From: Candidatus Coatesbacteria bacterium
GTDB lineage: Bacteria; RBG-13-66-14; B26-G2; WVWN01
Direction of reading: 5' to 3'
Length of the DNA stretch: 62,128 nt
Assembly: GCA_020356085.1 (NCBI GenBank)
Contig: CP070633.1
Location: 916,525 to 978,652 of the forward strand
Shown: positions 1-7,980 of the stretch, piece by piece
Position numbering within the stretch: the first letter of the stretch is position 1
How the letters are laid out: the number at the start of each line of letters is the position of its first letter
Translations under genes and position numbers: made by a program
Notes under the pieces: generated by a model
What the model saw: only the letters and a program-made list of their open reading frames with translations
What the model was told of the DNA's origin: nothing
Database searches by the model: none

Positions 1-99
1 TTACCTGGCGCCAGGTAACGACCGAGGAAGGCCAGCAGGGCTGGATCTCCGCGCCGGCGCTCGCGCCCCTCGGCGAGTAGGCGCATAACACAACGCCGC

Positions 100-135
100 A
101 AAAAAACCCGGCCCGCGCGCGGCAGGCCGGGTTTT
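100..135. terminator. Bidirectional intrinsic terminator
   Basis: A7-CCCGGCC-N11-GGCCGGG-T4 hairpin, 18 nt past the stop of minus-strand gene 154..1500. The A-run reads as a U-tract on the minus strand. Confidence 0.6.
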
Positions 136-153
136 ACTTTTATTCGCTCGCCA

Positions 154-1500
154 CTACGGCCGGCCGTGGAGGTACAGTACGGCGAGGCGCAGCCACGACG
201 CCGCCACCGCGGCCGCGACGAGGCCGAGGCCGACCAGGTGGCCCCACGCCGGCCGGCGCCGCCCCAGCGCGGGCAGCCCCCTCGCGGAGAGGGCGTAGGC
301 CGCGCCGGCCAGCGAGATCACGACGAGCGGCACGTGGTAGCGGGGATAGGCCAGCGTGAGGGCGTGCAGGACGACGAAGACGCCGGCCACGACCAACAGC
401 AAGTCCCGGAGGCGCCCCCGCGGCAGGAGGGCCAGGCCCGTGCCGCAGAGCAGCAGCGCGAAGGCGTCGACGACGACGACGGCCGCGGCCAGCGGCCACC
501 CCACGCCCGGAGGCACCTCCGGGAGCCGGCCGGCGGCGAACGTCGCCGCGAAGAGGCGTTCGGGCTCGAGCAGGTCGAGCAAGCGGCCGGCTACGCGCGT
601 AGCCGTTGCGGCCGGATGCGAGGCCATGTAGGCCAGCGCCTCCCGCCGGTACGACGCTGCCACCTCGAAGCCGTCCGCGCCGCGCGCCGACACCTCCAGC
701 AGCGGCGCGCTCCCCCGCGGGTCCCGCAGCACCTCCCACGAATGGTAATAGGGCGCGCGCGGATTATTCCCCATATAGAGTACGGCCGCGCCGTTGGTAT
801 CGGTGAGCACGAGGCGGCCCGTCCGGGCGTAGACGTACGCCGACCACGCGCCGACCACGATTGCTAACCCAGCCAGGAACGTGCCGGCCCGGGCGAGGCG
901 TCGCCTCCCCGCCCCCTCCCGCGCCAGCGCGAGGTAGAGCGCTACGCCGATCGCCGCCGGCAGCGCGATCGAGCGGACGAGCGCGGCCGCGCCGAAAGCC
1001 GCTCCGGCGAGCGCGGCGCCCGCGTAAGCAGGCCGCCCGCGGCCCAACGCCCGCAGCGTCAGGTACAGGGCGGCGGCTAACGCGACCGCGAACAGCACCT
1101 CCGTAAGGAGCTTCGTGCTGTAGTAGGCCAACGGGAGGTAGAGCGCGCCCAGCAGGAGCGCGCGGGCGCCGAGCTTCGGCCCCAGCGCCTCCCGCGAGGT
1201 CAAATATACGAACGCCAACGCGACGACGCTAAGTATCGCCTGGACCACCCGGGCCGCGCCGACGCCGCCCCCGGCGGCGAAGATCCCGGCCAGGAACAAC
1301 GGATACAGCGGCGGGTGGCGGTGGACGTTGAGTTGGCCGTCGGGAAGCGTGAGGCCGTGTCCGGCCACGAGGCGGCGCGCCGTCGTCGCGTATTCGGCCT
1401 CGTCGGCGTTAAGCGGCGCGTCGCCGACGACAAGTGCGAACGCTAGCTGAACGACTAACGCGACGCCGAGTATTGCGGGGATATGCCACGTGCGATTCAC
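154..1500 (-). CDS. GT-C fold membrane glycosyltransferase, ArnT/PMT-like (GT39/GT83 type)
   Basis: 448-aa polytopic ORF with a GTG start. The first loop carries the acidic motif ...NADEAEYATTARRL..., followed by HRHPPLYPLFLAGIF as in ArnT/PMT-type enzymes. Confidence 0.75.
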   Translation of the reverse strand: MNRTWHIPAILGVALVVQLAFALVVGDAPLNADEAEYATTARRLVAGHGLTLPDGQLNVHRHPPLYPLFLAGIFAAGGGVGAARVVQAILSVVALAFVYLTSREALGPKLGARALLLGALYLPLAYYSTKLLTEVLFAVALAAALYLTLRALGRGRPAYAGAALAGAAFGAAALVRSIALPAAIGVALYLALAREGAGRRRLARAGTFLAGLAIVVGAWSAYVYARTGRLVLTDTNGAAVLYMGNNPRAPYYHSWEVLRDPRGSAPLLEVSARGADGFEVAASYRREALAYMASHPAATATRVAGRLLDLLEPERLFAATFAAGRLPEVPPGVGWPLAAAVVVVDAFALLLCGTGLALLPRGRLRDLLLVVAGVFVVLHALTLAYPRYHVPLVVISLAGAAYALSARGLPALGRRRPAWGHLVGLGLVAAAVAASWLRLAVLYLHGRP

Positions 1501-1530
1501 GGGAGAAGGTAAAAGGAGGCGCGCCCGGGC

Positions 1531-2865
1531 CTAGGTGCCACGGCTCAGGAACAGCCAGGCCATCCGCGCCCAAATTACCGCCAGCGAGGCGACGGCGGCG
1601 ACGGCGAGCACGAGTTTCCCGCGCGGCAGCGCCCGGGCCCGCAGCCGCGGCAGGAGCTCGACGAAGAAGTACCCCACCGCGGGCAACCCCAGCACCATCA
1701 ACGGGTAATTGTACCGCGGGTGGGCGATGGTGAGGGCGAAGACGACGACCGTGGCCGCCACGACCGCCAGCGTCAACGTCCGCCAGAGGTTTTTCGACAT
1801 CAGCGGCACCGCGGCCCAGAACAACGCCAGCGCGGCGGCGGAGGCCGCCACCTCCGCGGCGATCCATATAAAAATCCACGGCTCGCGGGCCGCCGGGAAA
1901 AGCCCCGCCCGGTACTCGGCCGCGAAGAGGCGCTCCAGCTCCCACATATCCGCGAACTTCGAGACGAACCGCGCGGCGGTTTGCAGAGGGTGCGCCAGGG
2001 CGTACGCGGCCGCGGCGCGGAAGAAGAGGCGGGAGCGCTCGAAACCGTTCTTTGTCTCGCGGAGACCGGGAGGGACGACGAACCGGTAATCGCCGTCCGT
2101 CGCGTCCCAGGCGTGGTGGGCGGGCGTGCCGGCGTTGTTGCCCAGGTAAAACACGTGGGCGGTCTTGGTGTCCAACAACACCGGGTAGCCCGTGGTTCGG
2201 TACACGTACGCGCTCCACGGCGCCACCGCCGCCGCTACGCCCACGCCGAAGGCCGCCGCCCGCAGCCACCGCCGCCCGGCCGGGACGCCGCGCCGCAGGA
2301 GGATTACCGCCGCCAGGGCCACGGCGACGGCCAGCGCGACGCCGCGCGTCAAACCCGCCAGGCCGAAGACGACGCCCGCGGCCGCGAAGCCGGCCGCGCC
2401 GCCCCGCTCCCACCGCGCGTACAGGAGGTACACCCCCGCCGCGAGCAGGAAGGTGAACAGGATTTCGGAAAGCACGTCCGTCGCGTAGAACGCCGTGGGC
2501 AGGTAAAGCCCTCCGGCGATTAGAGCCGCGGCGGCCACGCGCCCCCCGAACGCCCGCCGCGCCGTAGCGTAGACCACCAACAGCGTCGCTAGCGCGAGCG
2601 CCAGCTGGACGAGGCGCACCGCCAGCCCGCCGCCGCCGGCGGCGAAGATCCCGGCCAGGAAAACCGGGTACAGCGGCGGGTGCGAATGGACGTAGAGCTC
2701 GCCGGAGGCGTAAGTCAAGCCGAGCCCGGAGGCGAGGCGCTCGGCCGCGGCGCGATATTCGTACTGGTCGCTCTCGGCGGCGGAGGTGCCGATAACAAGT
2801 ATAAACGACGCCCACAGAATGGACGTCGTCGCTACCGTAATCGCTACGAACCGCAGCTCGCGCAT
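1531..2865 (-). CDS. GT-C fold membrane glycosyltransferase, ArnT/PMT-like (tandem paralogue)
   Basis: 444-aa polytopic ORF 30 nt upstream of 154..1500. It shares the block SHPPLYPVFLAGIFAAGGG and an acidic loop ESDQYEYRAAAERL. Confidence 0.75.
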   Translation of the reverse strand: MRELRFVAITVATTSILWASFILVIGTSAAESDQYEYRAAAERLASGLGLTYASGELYVHSHPPLYPVFLAGIFAAGGGGLAVRLVQLALALATLLVVYATARRAFGGRVAAAALIAGGLYLPTAFYATDVLSEILFTFLLAAGVYLLYARWERGGAAGFAAAGVVFGLAGLTRGVALAVAVALAAVILLRRGVPAGRRWLRAAAFGVGVAAAVAPWSAYVYRTTGYPVLLDTKTAHVFYLGNNAGTPAHHAWDATDGDYRFVVPPGLRETKNGFERSRLFFRAAAAYALAHPLQTAARFVSKFADMWELERLFAAEYRAGLFPAAREPWIFIWIAAEVAASAAALALFWAAVPLMSKNLWRTLTLAVVAATVVVFALTIAHPRYNYPLMVLGLPAVGYFFVELLPRLRARALPRGKLVLAVAAVASLAVIWARMAWLFLSRGT

Positions 2866-2916
2866 GAGGCGTACCCGGCGACCGGCCGGGGTCCCCCGCC
2901 CCAGGACCGGCCGACG

Positions 2917-3825
2917 CTAGTGCCGTAAAATCGTACCGCCGGCGCCCACGATCCAGCCGTGTTCCCCCGTGGGGAAGGTTATGTCGTACAGCTGCTTGTT
3001 ATAACCGTCCCACAGGCGCCAGGTGTTGGTGTCGGGGGAATAGGCGTAGATGTTGCCGGCCTTGGTCACGGCGTAACCGCGGCCGTCCTGGCGGAAGAAG
3101 AGAGCGGTTATGGTTTCGGCGTTAGGAATCCGGGTTTTGGTCAAGCCGCCGCTTTTGAGATGGACGGCGTAGCCGTCGGAGGCGCCGAACCACCCCTCGT
3201 TCTCGTTTACGAAAAACGCGCACCGGAAATCTGCCGCCACCGGGCTCGTCACCTGGCTCCACGTTCCGTTGGTCCGCTTGAGAATCCGGCCGCCGTCGCC
3301 GACCAACCACCCCTTATCCAGGGAATAGACGCGGATGCCGTGCAAGTCCTCGGATATGCCGGGCGACTCGTCGATCCATTGGCCGTTCTCGTAGTGGAGG
3401 ACGGTGCCGTTGTCGCCGCAAAACCAGGCCGACGTCGTGCTGCGGGCGTGCATCGCGCGGAGCGTATTAGTACGGGGGATGCCGGATACGCGGCTCCAAT
3501 CTCCGCCGCTACGACGGGCTACCCACCCGTCCGCGCCGCACGCCCACCCCTCTTGGGGCGAGACGAATTGGAGGTCGTAAAAATCCGGCGCGAGGGAGGT
3601 GATGTCGAGCCGCCACTCGTTGCCGTCGTAATGCAGGATGTTGCCGCTCTCACCGCACGCCCATACGTCGTCCTCGGCGAGACCCCATAACGCGTGGATA
3701 TCCTTCGCGGTGGGGCTGTGCGCCGGCCGCCAGGGCATCGACCCCTCGCTCGGGCCGGACCCGCCGCCGCCGCACGAGACGGTTAGGATTACGATCGCCG
3801 CTAACTTGGGGATATGCTTAGTCAT
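2917..3825 (-). CDS. Lipoprotein, Ycf48/BNR-like beta-propeller repeat protein
   Basis: 302 aa with a signal peptide and lipobox (ILTVSC). It has repeated Trp-containing units (GWACG, WFCGDNGTVLHY, GWLVGDGGRILKR, GWFGASDG, GWIVGAGGTILRH). Confidence 0.7.
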   Translation of the reverse strand: MTKHIPKLAAIVILTVSCGGGGSGPSEGSMPWRPAHSPTAKDIHALWGLAEDDVWACGESGNILHYDGNEWRLDITSLAPDFYDLQFVSPQEGWACGADGWVARRSGGDWSRVSGIPRTNTLRAMHARSTTSAWFCGDNGTVLHYENGQWIDESPGISEDLHGIRVYSLDKGWLVGDGGRILKRTNGTWSQVTSPVAADFRCAFFVNENEGWFGASDGYAVHLKSGGLTKTRIPNAETITALFFRQDGRGYAVTKAGNIYAYSPDTNTWRLWDGYNKQLYDITFPTGEHGWIVGAGGTILRH

Positions 3826-4052
3826 ACGAACCTCCCACGGCTGGGCCCGCTATACACGGACACTGTATCACGGCTTCCTAGCGGCGTCAAGAACCCGACC
3901 GCCTCACTCGTCGGCGGCCCTTCTCTATAAACGCCCGGAAGCCAAAACGCGGGATTCCCGAGGCCGGCCGGCCTCGGCATTCTCAAGAGCGTTAGACGCC
4001 GGGGCGACGGCGGCGGTTTACTTAAAACGCGCTGGTTTTAACCCGAGTATAT

Positions 4053-4061
4053 TGGTATAAT
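4053..4061 (+). promoter_or_regulatory. Extended -10 promoter element (TGgTATAAT)
   Basis: Perfect TATAAT (4056..4061) preceded by TGg, 17 nt upstream of the GTG start at 4079. No good -35 element. Confidence 0.4.
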
Positions 4062-4078
4062 ATAGATGAAATAAAGTA

Positions 4079-5152
4079 GTGTCCGTTATAATAGACATCC
4101 TCCGCGCGACGTGGGCTCTGCTCCGCGAGGCCAGCCCCTACATGCTCGCGGGCTTCTTCTTAGCGGGTATCGTAAAGGCGCTCCTCCCGACGGGGGCGGT
4201 GGTGAGGTTCTTGGGCAAGCCCAATCTCGCCTCCGTTTTGAAGGCGGCCGCCGTCGGCGTCCCGTTGCCGCTGTGCTCGTGCGGCGTCATTCCCATGGCC
4301 GCGGCGCTGCGCCGGGAGGGCGCCAGCAAAGGGGCCGTCTCCTCCTTCGTCATCTCCACGCCGGAGTCCGGCGTCGATTCGGTGGCGGCGACGTACGCGC
4401 TCATGGACCTGCCCATGACGATCGCGCGGCCCATTGTCGCTTTCGCCACGGCGGTGCTGGCCGGACTCGCCGAGATCGTGTGGGGGAGGGAGAAAACGGC
4501 GCCCGTGCCCGAACCGGAGACTTCGGGGTGCGGCTGCGGCGAGGAGGGGGAGGCGGCCGCCGAGGAGGCACCCCGGGCGAGCCTGGGCCGACGCCTGGGC
4601 GGCGGCGTGCGTTACGCCTTCGGCGAGATGTTCGAGGACATGGCGATTTACCTACTGATCGGATTCGCCCTCGCCGGCGTCCTGGCGGCGCTTATCCCGC
4701 CGGCGTTCGTGGCCGAACGCCTCGCCTCGCCCTCCCTTCAGATCCTCGCGCTGGTAGTCTTGGGCGCGCCCATCTACGTCTGCGCGACGGCGGCCACCCC
4801 CATCGCGGCGGTGTTGGTGGCGAAAGGTATCTCGCCGGGAGCGGCGCTCGCGTTCCTGCTGGCCGGGCCGGCGACCAACGCGGCCAGCCTGGCCGTCCTT
4901 TCGAAATACCTCGGCCGACGGTCCGTCGCGATTTACCTGGCGACTATCGTCGCGTGCGCGATCGGCGCCGGCCTGGCGCTCAACGCGGTTTACGACGGCC
5001 TAGGCCTGGAGGCCGCCGCCGCGGCCGGCGCGGGCGAGGAGGAAGCCGGGTTCGACCTCTTCGGCACGGTCGCCGCGGCCGCCTTCTTGCTCCTATGTCT
5101 CAACGGCCTTCGCCTCAAACTGAAAAACCGCGGCGAGGAGGAAGATACTTGA
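4079..5152 (+). CDS. Permease of the UPF0718/DUF318 family (SO_0444-like putative metal or metalloid efflux permease)
   Basis: 357 aa. The N-terminus ...SPYMLAGFFLAGIVKALLP...GVPLPLCSCGVIPMAAALRREGASKGA... is the family signature. The central loop is rich in Cys and Glu (SGCGCGEEGE). Confidence 0.7.
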   Translation: MSVIIDILRATWALLREASPYMLAGFFLAGIVKALLPTGAVVRFLGKPNLASVLKAAAVGVPLPLCSCGVIPMAAALRREGASKGAVSSFVISTPESGVDSVAATYALMDLPMTIARPIVAFATAVLAGLAEIVWGREKTAPVPEPETSGCGCGEEGEAAAEEAPRASLGRRLGGGVRYAFGEMFEDMAIYLLIGFALAGVLAALIPPAFVAERLASPSLQILALVVLGAPIYVCATAATPIAAVLVAKGISPGAALAFLLAGPATNAASLAVLSKYLGRRSVAIYLATIVACAIGAGLALNAVYDGLGLEAAAAAGAGEEEAGFDLFGTVAAAAFLLLCLNGLRLKLKNRGEEEDT

Positions 5153-5192
5153 GCTTCCTCCGGCGCCGGGGCTCCCGGCGCCCCCTCCGAAT

Positions 5193-5221
5193 AAAAAACC
5201 GGCCTTGCGGCCGGTTTTTTA
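5193..5221. terminator. Bidirectional intrinsic terminator between convergent genes
   Basis: A6-CCGGCC-TTGC-GGCCGG-T7, lying between the stops at 5152 (+) and 5232 (-). Confidence 0.85.
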
Positions 5222-5231
5222 CCCGCTGGGG

Positions 5232-6734
5232 TTACCCTTTCCGGCGGGAAGCCCACACGATATAATGCTGCACGAACAGGCCGAGAACGGCGACGACCAG
5301 CGGGTCGATTATAAACCGCGTACGATTATTCTCCGCCCACGAGAATAAATTCGTAACGAGGACGACGTAGGCGATATTAAAAAATACGTACCCCAGCGTC
5401 CAACGCCGGGCCCGGGCCGCGAGCGACTCCTCCGGGGCCGCCCGCCGCGAGGCGCGGCGGAACGCGTAGTACGCTAACAACGGAACGCCTAACGCTAGAT
5501 AGAGGTAGAGTGTAAACGGCGGCAGCTTCCAACCGAAACGCGAAAGCAGCCCGGTCGCGTCGGGGTTAAAATGGATTTTGCCGTAAACCGCGCGGTCGAA
5601 GGCCTCGTTCCACGCCTCGAGGCGGCTGAAATTCCCGGTCTCGTCGAGAAAGCGCACTCCGTTAATGTAGTCGCTGCTCGAGCGGAAAAGCATAAACCAC
5701 GATCGTAGTTGGGCCCGGAAGTACGTTGCCGGATACCGCCGCAAAACGACTCTCGAATCCCGGCCGTATTCTCTTGCAACCGTAATATACCCCCGATAGT
5801 TATAATTGGGCGGCCCCGTCGATTTATAGATCCGGCGGAGCGCCTCCGCCTCCCCGGGGTGGTCCGCCTCCTCGTACTCCGAGGGATAAAGGCTCCAATC
5901 CGAAAAAGTAGGAATCGTCGCCACCGGCGAGAGCTCGCCCGCCTCGGTCAAGTGCTCCCGTTCGTCGGCGTGCAGGAAGAACCCGGTCATCTGCCAGAGG
6001 TTCATCCCGCTCCACGAGCTGAGGCCGAACTCGCGGAAAACGACGGCGTTTTTCACATAAAACGATAGCAATATCACGAACGGCGCGGCGGCCGCGAGTA
6101 CGACTTTGCGCCGCGCGCCGCGGCACGCCAGCGCCAAGGCCGCCGCCGCCAACAAATAATACGCCAGATGGAAAATGTGCCGCGTCCCGCACAAAACGAA
6201 CGCCGCCGCGAAGAAGGCGAGGTAAGCCCACGTTCGCCGCCGGATCGCCGCCTCGTAGAACAGAAGCGTCGCCAGCGTCATTACGGCCGCCAGCGGGAAG
6301 GTGTAGAACAGCCAATGTTCGTACAGCACGAAAGAGGGGCTGAGCAAGAAGAACGCACTCGTCGCCGCAGCTACCCTCCGCGTTACGCCCAACCGAACTT
6401 GAAGCCAGAAAAGCGACAGGTAGAGGGTTACGCCGAACGCGACGAACGCGCCGTGGAATACCGCCCGGGGCTGGCCGGCGGAGACCTTTAACGCGGCGCC
6501 CAAGAATAAATTGAAGAGCGGCGGCTGGCTGTGGAGGTAGAAAACGCTCTCGAGTAACCGATCCCGAAGTAACTCCGGGTCCAAGAATTGCCAATACCAC
6601 AACAGCGAGGTATCGTCGAACCGGATCCCCAGGATATAATAAACGAGGTGCGCCGCCGCGAAGACGCCGAGGAGCGCGGCCGTCGTCGCCGCGGCGGAAG
6701 GTTTGCGGCCCGAGGTATTAGCTTTTTTAGCCAT
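5232..6734 (-). CDS. Polytopic membrane protein (possible GT-C-like transferase)
   Basis: 500 aa with about 10 hydrophobic helices and a roughly 170-aa soluble loop before the last three helices. No family signature recognised with certainty. Confidence 0.5.
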   Translation of the reverse strand: MAKKANTSGRKPSAAATTAALLGVFAAAHLVYYILGIRFDDTSLLWYWQFLDPELLRDRLLESVFYLHSQPPLFNLFLGAALKVSAGQPRAVFHGAFVAFGVTLYLSLFWLQVRLGVTRRVAAATSAFFLLSPSFVLYEHWLFYTFPLAAVMTLATLLFYEAAIRRRTWAYLAFFAAAFVLCGTRHIFHLAYYLLAAAALALACRGARRKVVLAAAAPFVILLSFYVKNAVVFREFGLSSWSGMNLWQMTGFFLHADEREHLTEAGELSPVATIPTFSDWSLYPSEYEEADHPGEAEALRRIYKSTGPPNYNYRGYITVAREYGRDSRVVLRRYPATYFRAQLRSWFMLFRSSSDYINGVRFLDETGNFSRLEAWNEAFDRAVYGKIHFNPDATGLLSRFGWKLPPFTLYLYLALGVPLLAYYAFRRASRRAAPEESLAARARRWTLGYVFFNIAYVVLVTNLFSWAENNRTRFIIDPLVVAVLGLFVQHYIVWASRRKG

Positions 6735-6801
6735 CGCCTTTCCCCCGTATTAAATAACACCTCCGCAATAAATACAACCGTCAAAACCCCGGCGGCAGGG
6801 T

Positions 6802-6830
6802 AAAAAAAACCGGCCTGGCGGCCGGTTTTT
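6802..6830 (-). terminator. Intrinsic terminator
   Basis: A8-CCGGCC-TGGC-GGCCGG-T5, 17 nt downstream of the stop of minus-strand gene 6847..7785. Confidence 0.8.
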
Positions 6831-6846
6831 CGACTCTTAGTATCCT

Positions 6847-7785
6847 TTAACGGAACAGCGCCTTTACGCCTCCCAGGGAGGCCGGCGTGACCGTCGTTTC
6901 GCTCTGATACCGAAGAATACAGCCGCCCTCGCCGACGGCCCACCCGCTAAGCGGGGCCGGGAAGTCCACGCCGCGCAGCTCCAGCGTTACGGGCGTCGAC
7001 CCGGGGAGCCAACTGGAGCCGTTGTAGTGCAACGCCAGCCCTTGGGCGCCGACGGCCCACACGTCCGTGGGGCTGATCACGCATACGGCGATCAGCGGCG
7101 TGATAACCGCGCCCTGGTTGACGATAGTCCACCGCGTCCCGTTGTAGCGGCAAACCGTCTCGTAAGCCCCGACCGCAAACCCGACGGTCGTGCTGTACAT
7201 CGCGACGTCGTTGAAGTCGCGGCCGGTGGGGGAAGTCTGACTCAACCAATTAGTGCCGTTATACCTGTATATGGTGCCCGCGTTACCGACAAACCACCCG
7301 GCGCCGGCCGTCACCAAATCCATCCCGCGGACGTGCCGGCTGGTGGGACTACCCACGCTCGCCCACGAACCTCCGGTATACCGGAGCAGGACGCCGTTCC
7401 GGCCGCCGGCCCAACCGTTCCCGGCCGTGACGAAATCGACGGAGTACAGATGGTTCTCCGTCGGGCTCGCCACGGTCCGCCACCGCGTACCGTTCCACCG
7501 GATTATCGTGCCGCTGTGGCCCACGGCCCAAGCGTTGGTCGTCGAGAGCGCTTTAACCGCGTTCAAGTCCCTGGTCGTCGGCGACGTTACGGACCGCCAC
7601 GACGAGCCGTCGAACCGTAAGATAACTCCTCCCGCGCCCACGGCCCACCCGTGGCTGCCGGAGAGGAGGTCGATATCGTTAAGGTGGTTGCCGGTCATCC
7701 CCCACATGTGCCACCCGCCGAACGCGGCGCCGGCAACCGTAAATACTAACAATATACAGAAAAAGGCCGATTTCATATATATCAC
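6847..7785 (-). CDS. Secreted Ycf48/BNR-like beta-propeller repeat protein with conserved C-terminal tail
   Basis: 312 aa with a signal peptide (no lipobox). It has repeated units (GWAVGAGGVILRF, AWAVGHSGTIIRW, GWAGGRNGVLLRY, GWFVGNAGTIYRY and others) and ends ...TVTPASLGGVKALFR. Confidence 0.7.
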   Translation of the reverse strand: MIYMKSAFFCILLVFTVAGAAFGGWHMWGMTGNHLNDIDLLSGSHGWAVGAGGVILRFDGSSWRSVTSPTTRDLNAVKALSTTNAWAVGHSGTIIRWNGTRWRTVASPTENHLYSVDFVTAGNGWAGGRNGVLLRYTGGSWASVGSPTSRHVRGMDLVTAGAGWFVGNAGTIYRYNGTNWLSQTSPTGRDFNDVAMYSTTVGFAVGAYETVCRYNGTRWTIVNQGAVITPLIAVCVISPTDVWAVGAQGLALHYNGSSWLPGSTPVTLELRGVDFPAPLSGWAVGEGGCILRYQSETTVTPASLGGVKALFR

Positions 7786-7833
7786 CTCTTTAACATTATA
7801 GCCGGTGGAAAGCGCCGGGTCAAGGCGAGCACG

Positions 7834-7862
7834 AAAAAACCGGCCGCGAGGGCCGGTTTTTT
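7834..7862 (-). terminator. Intrinsic terminator downstream of tRNA-Met
   Basis: A6-CCGGCC-GCGAG-GGCCGG-T6 hairpin immediately 3' of the tRNA on the minus strand. Confidence 0.75.
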
Positions 7863-7864
7863 AT

Positions 7865-7938
<74 letters not shown>

Positions 7939-7980
7939 GGCGGATGATACTATAGCGGGGTGGAGTTGTCAAGGGCCGCC

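Noticed and set aside
1-80. Possible 3' end of a plus-strand gene (…TWRQVTTEEGQQGWISAPALAPLGE*) stopping at 78..80, just before the bidirectional terminator.
   Set aside because: Only 25 codons are visible and they contain no recognisable motif, so it cannot be supported as a feature.
1409-2815. Long ORFs with Arg/Pro/Gly/Ala-rich translations that overlap well-supported genes. This 468-aa ORF is one; others include 140..739, 15648..17336, 18686..20023, 23610..24755, 38983..39999, 42667..43761, 45634..47040, 45752..46801, 48969..49916, 55994..56629 and 59424..60392.
   Set aside because: They lie out of frame or antisense to genes with clear family signatures. Their products are low-complexity with no motifs. 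Such shadow ORFs are expected in high-GC DNA because stop codons are rare.
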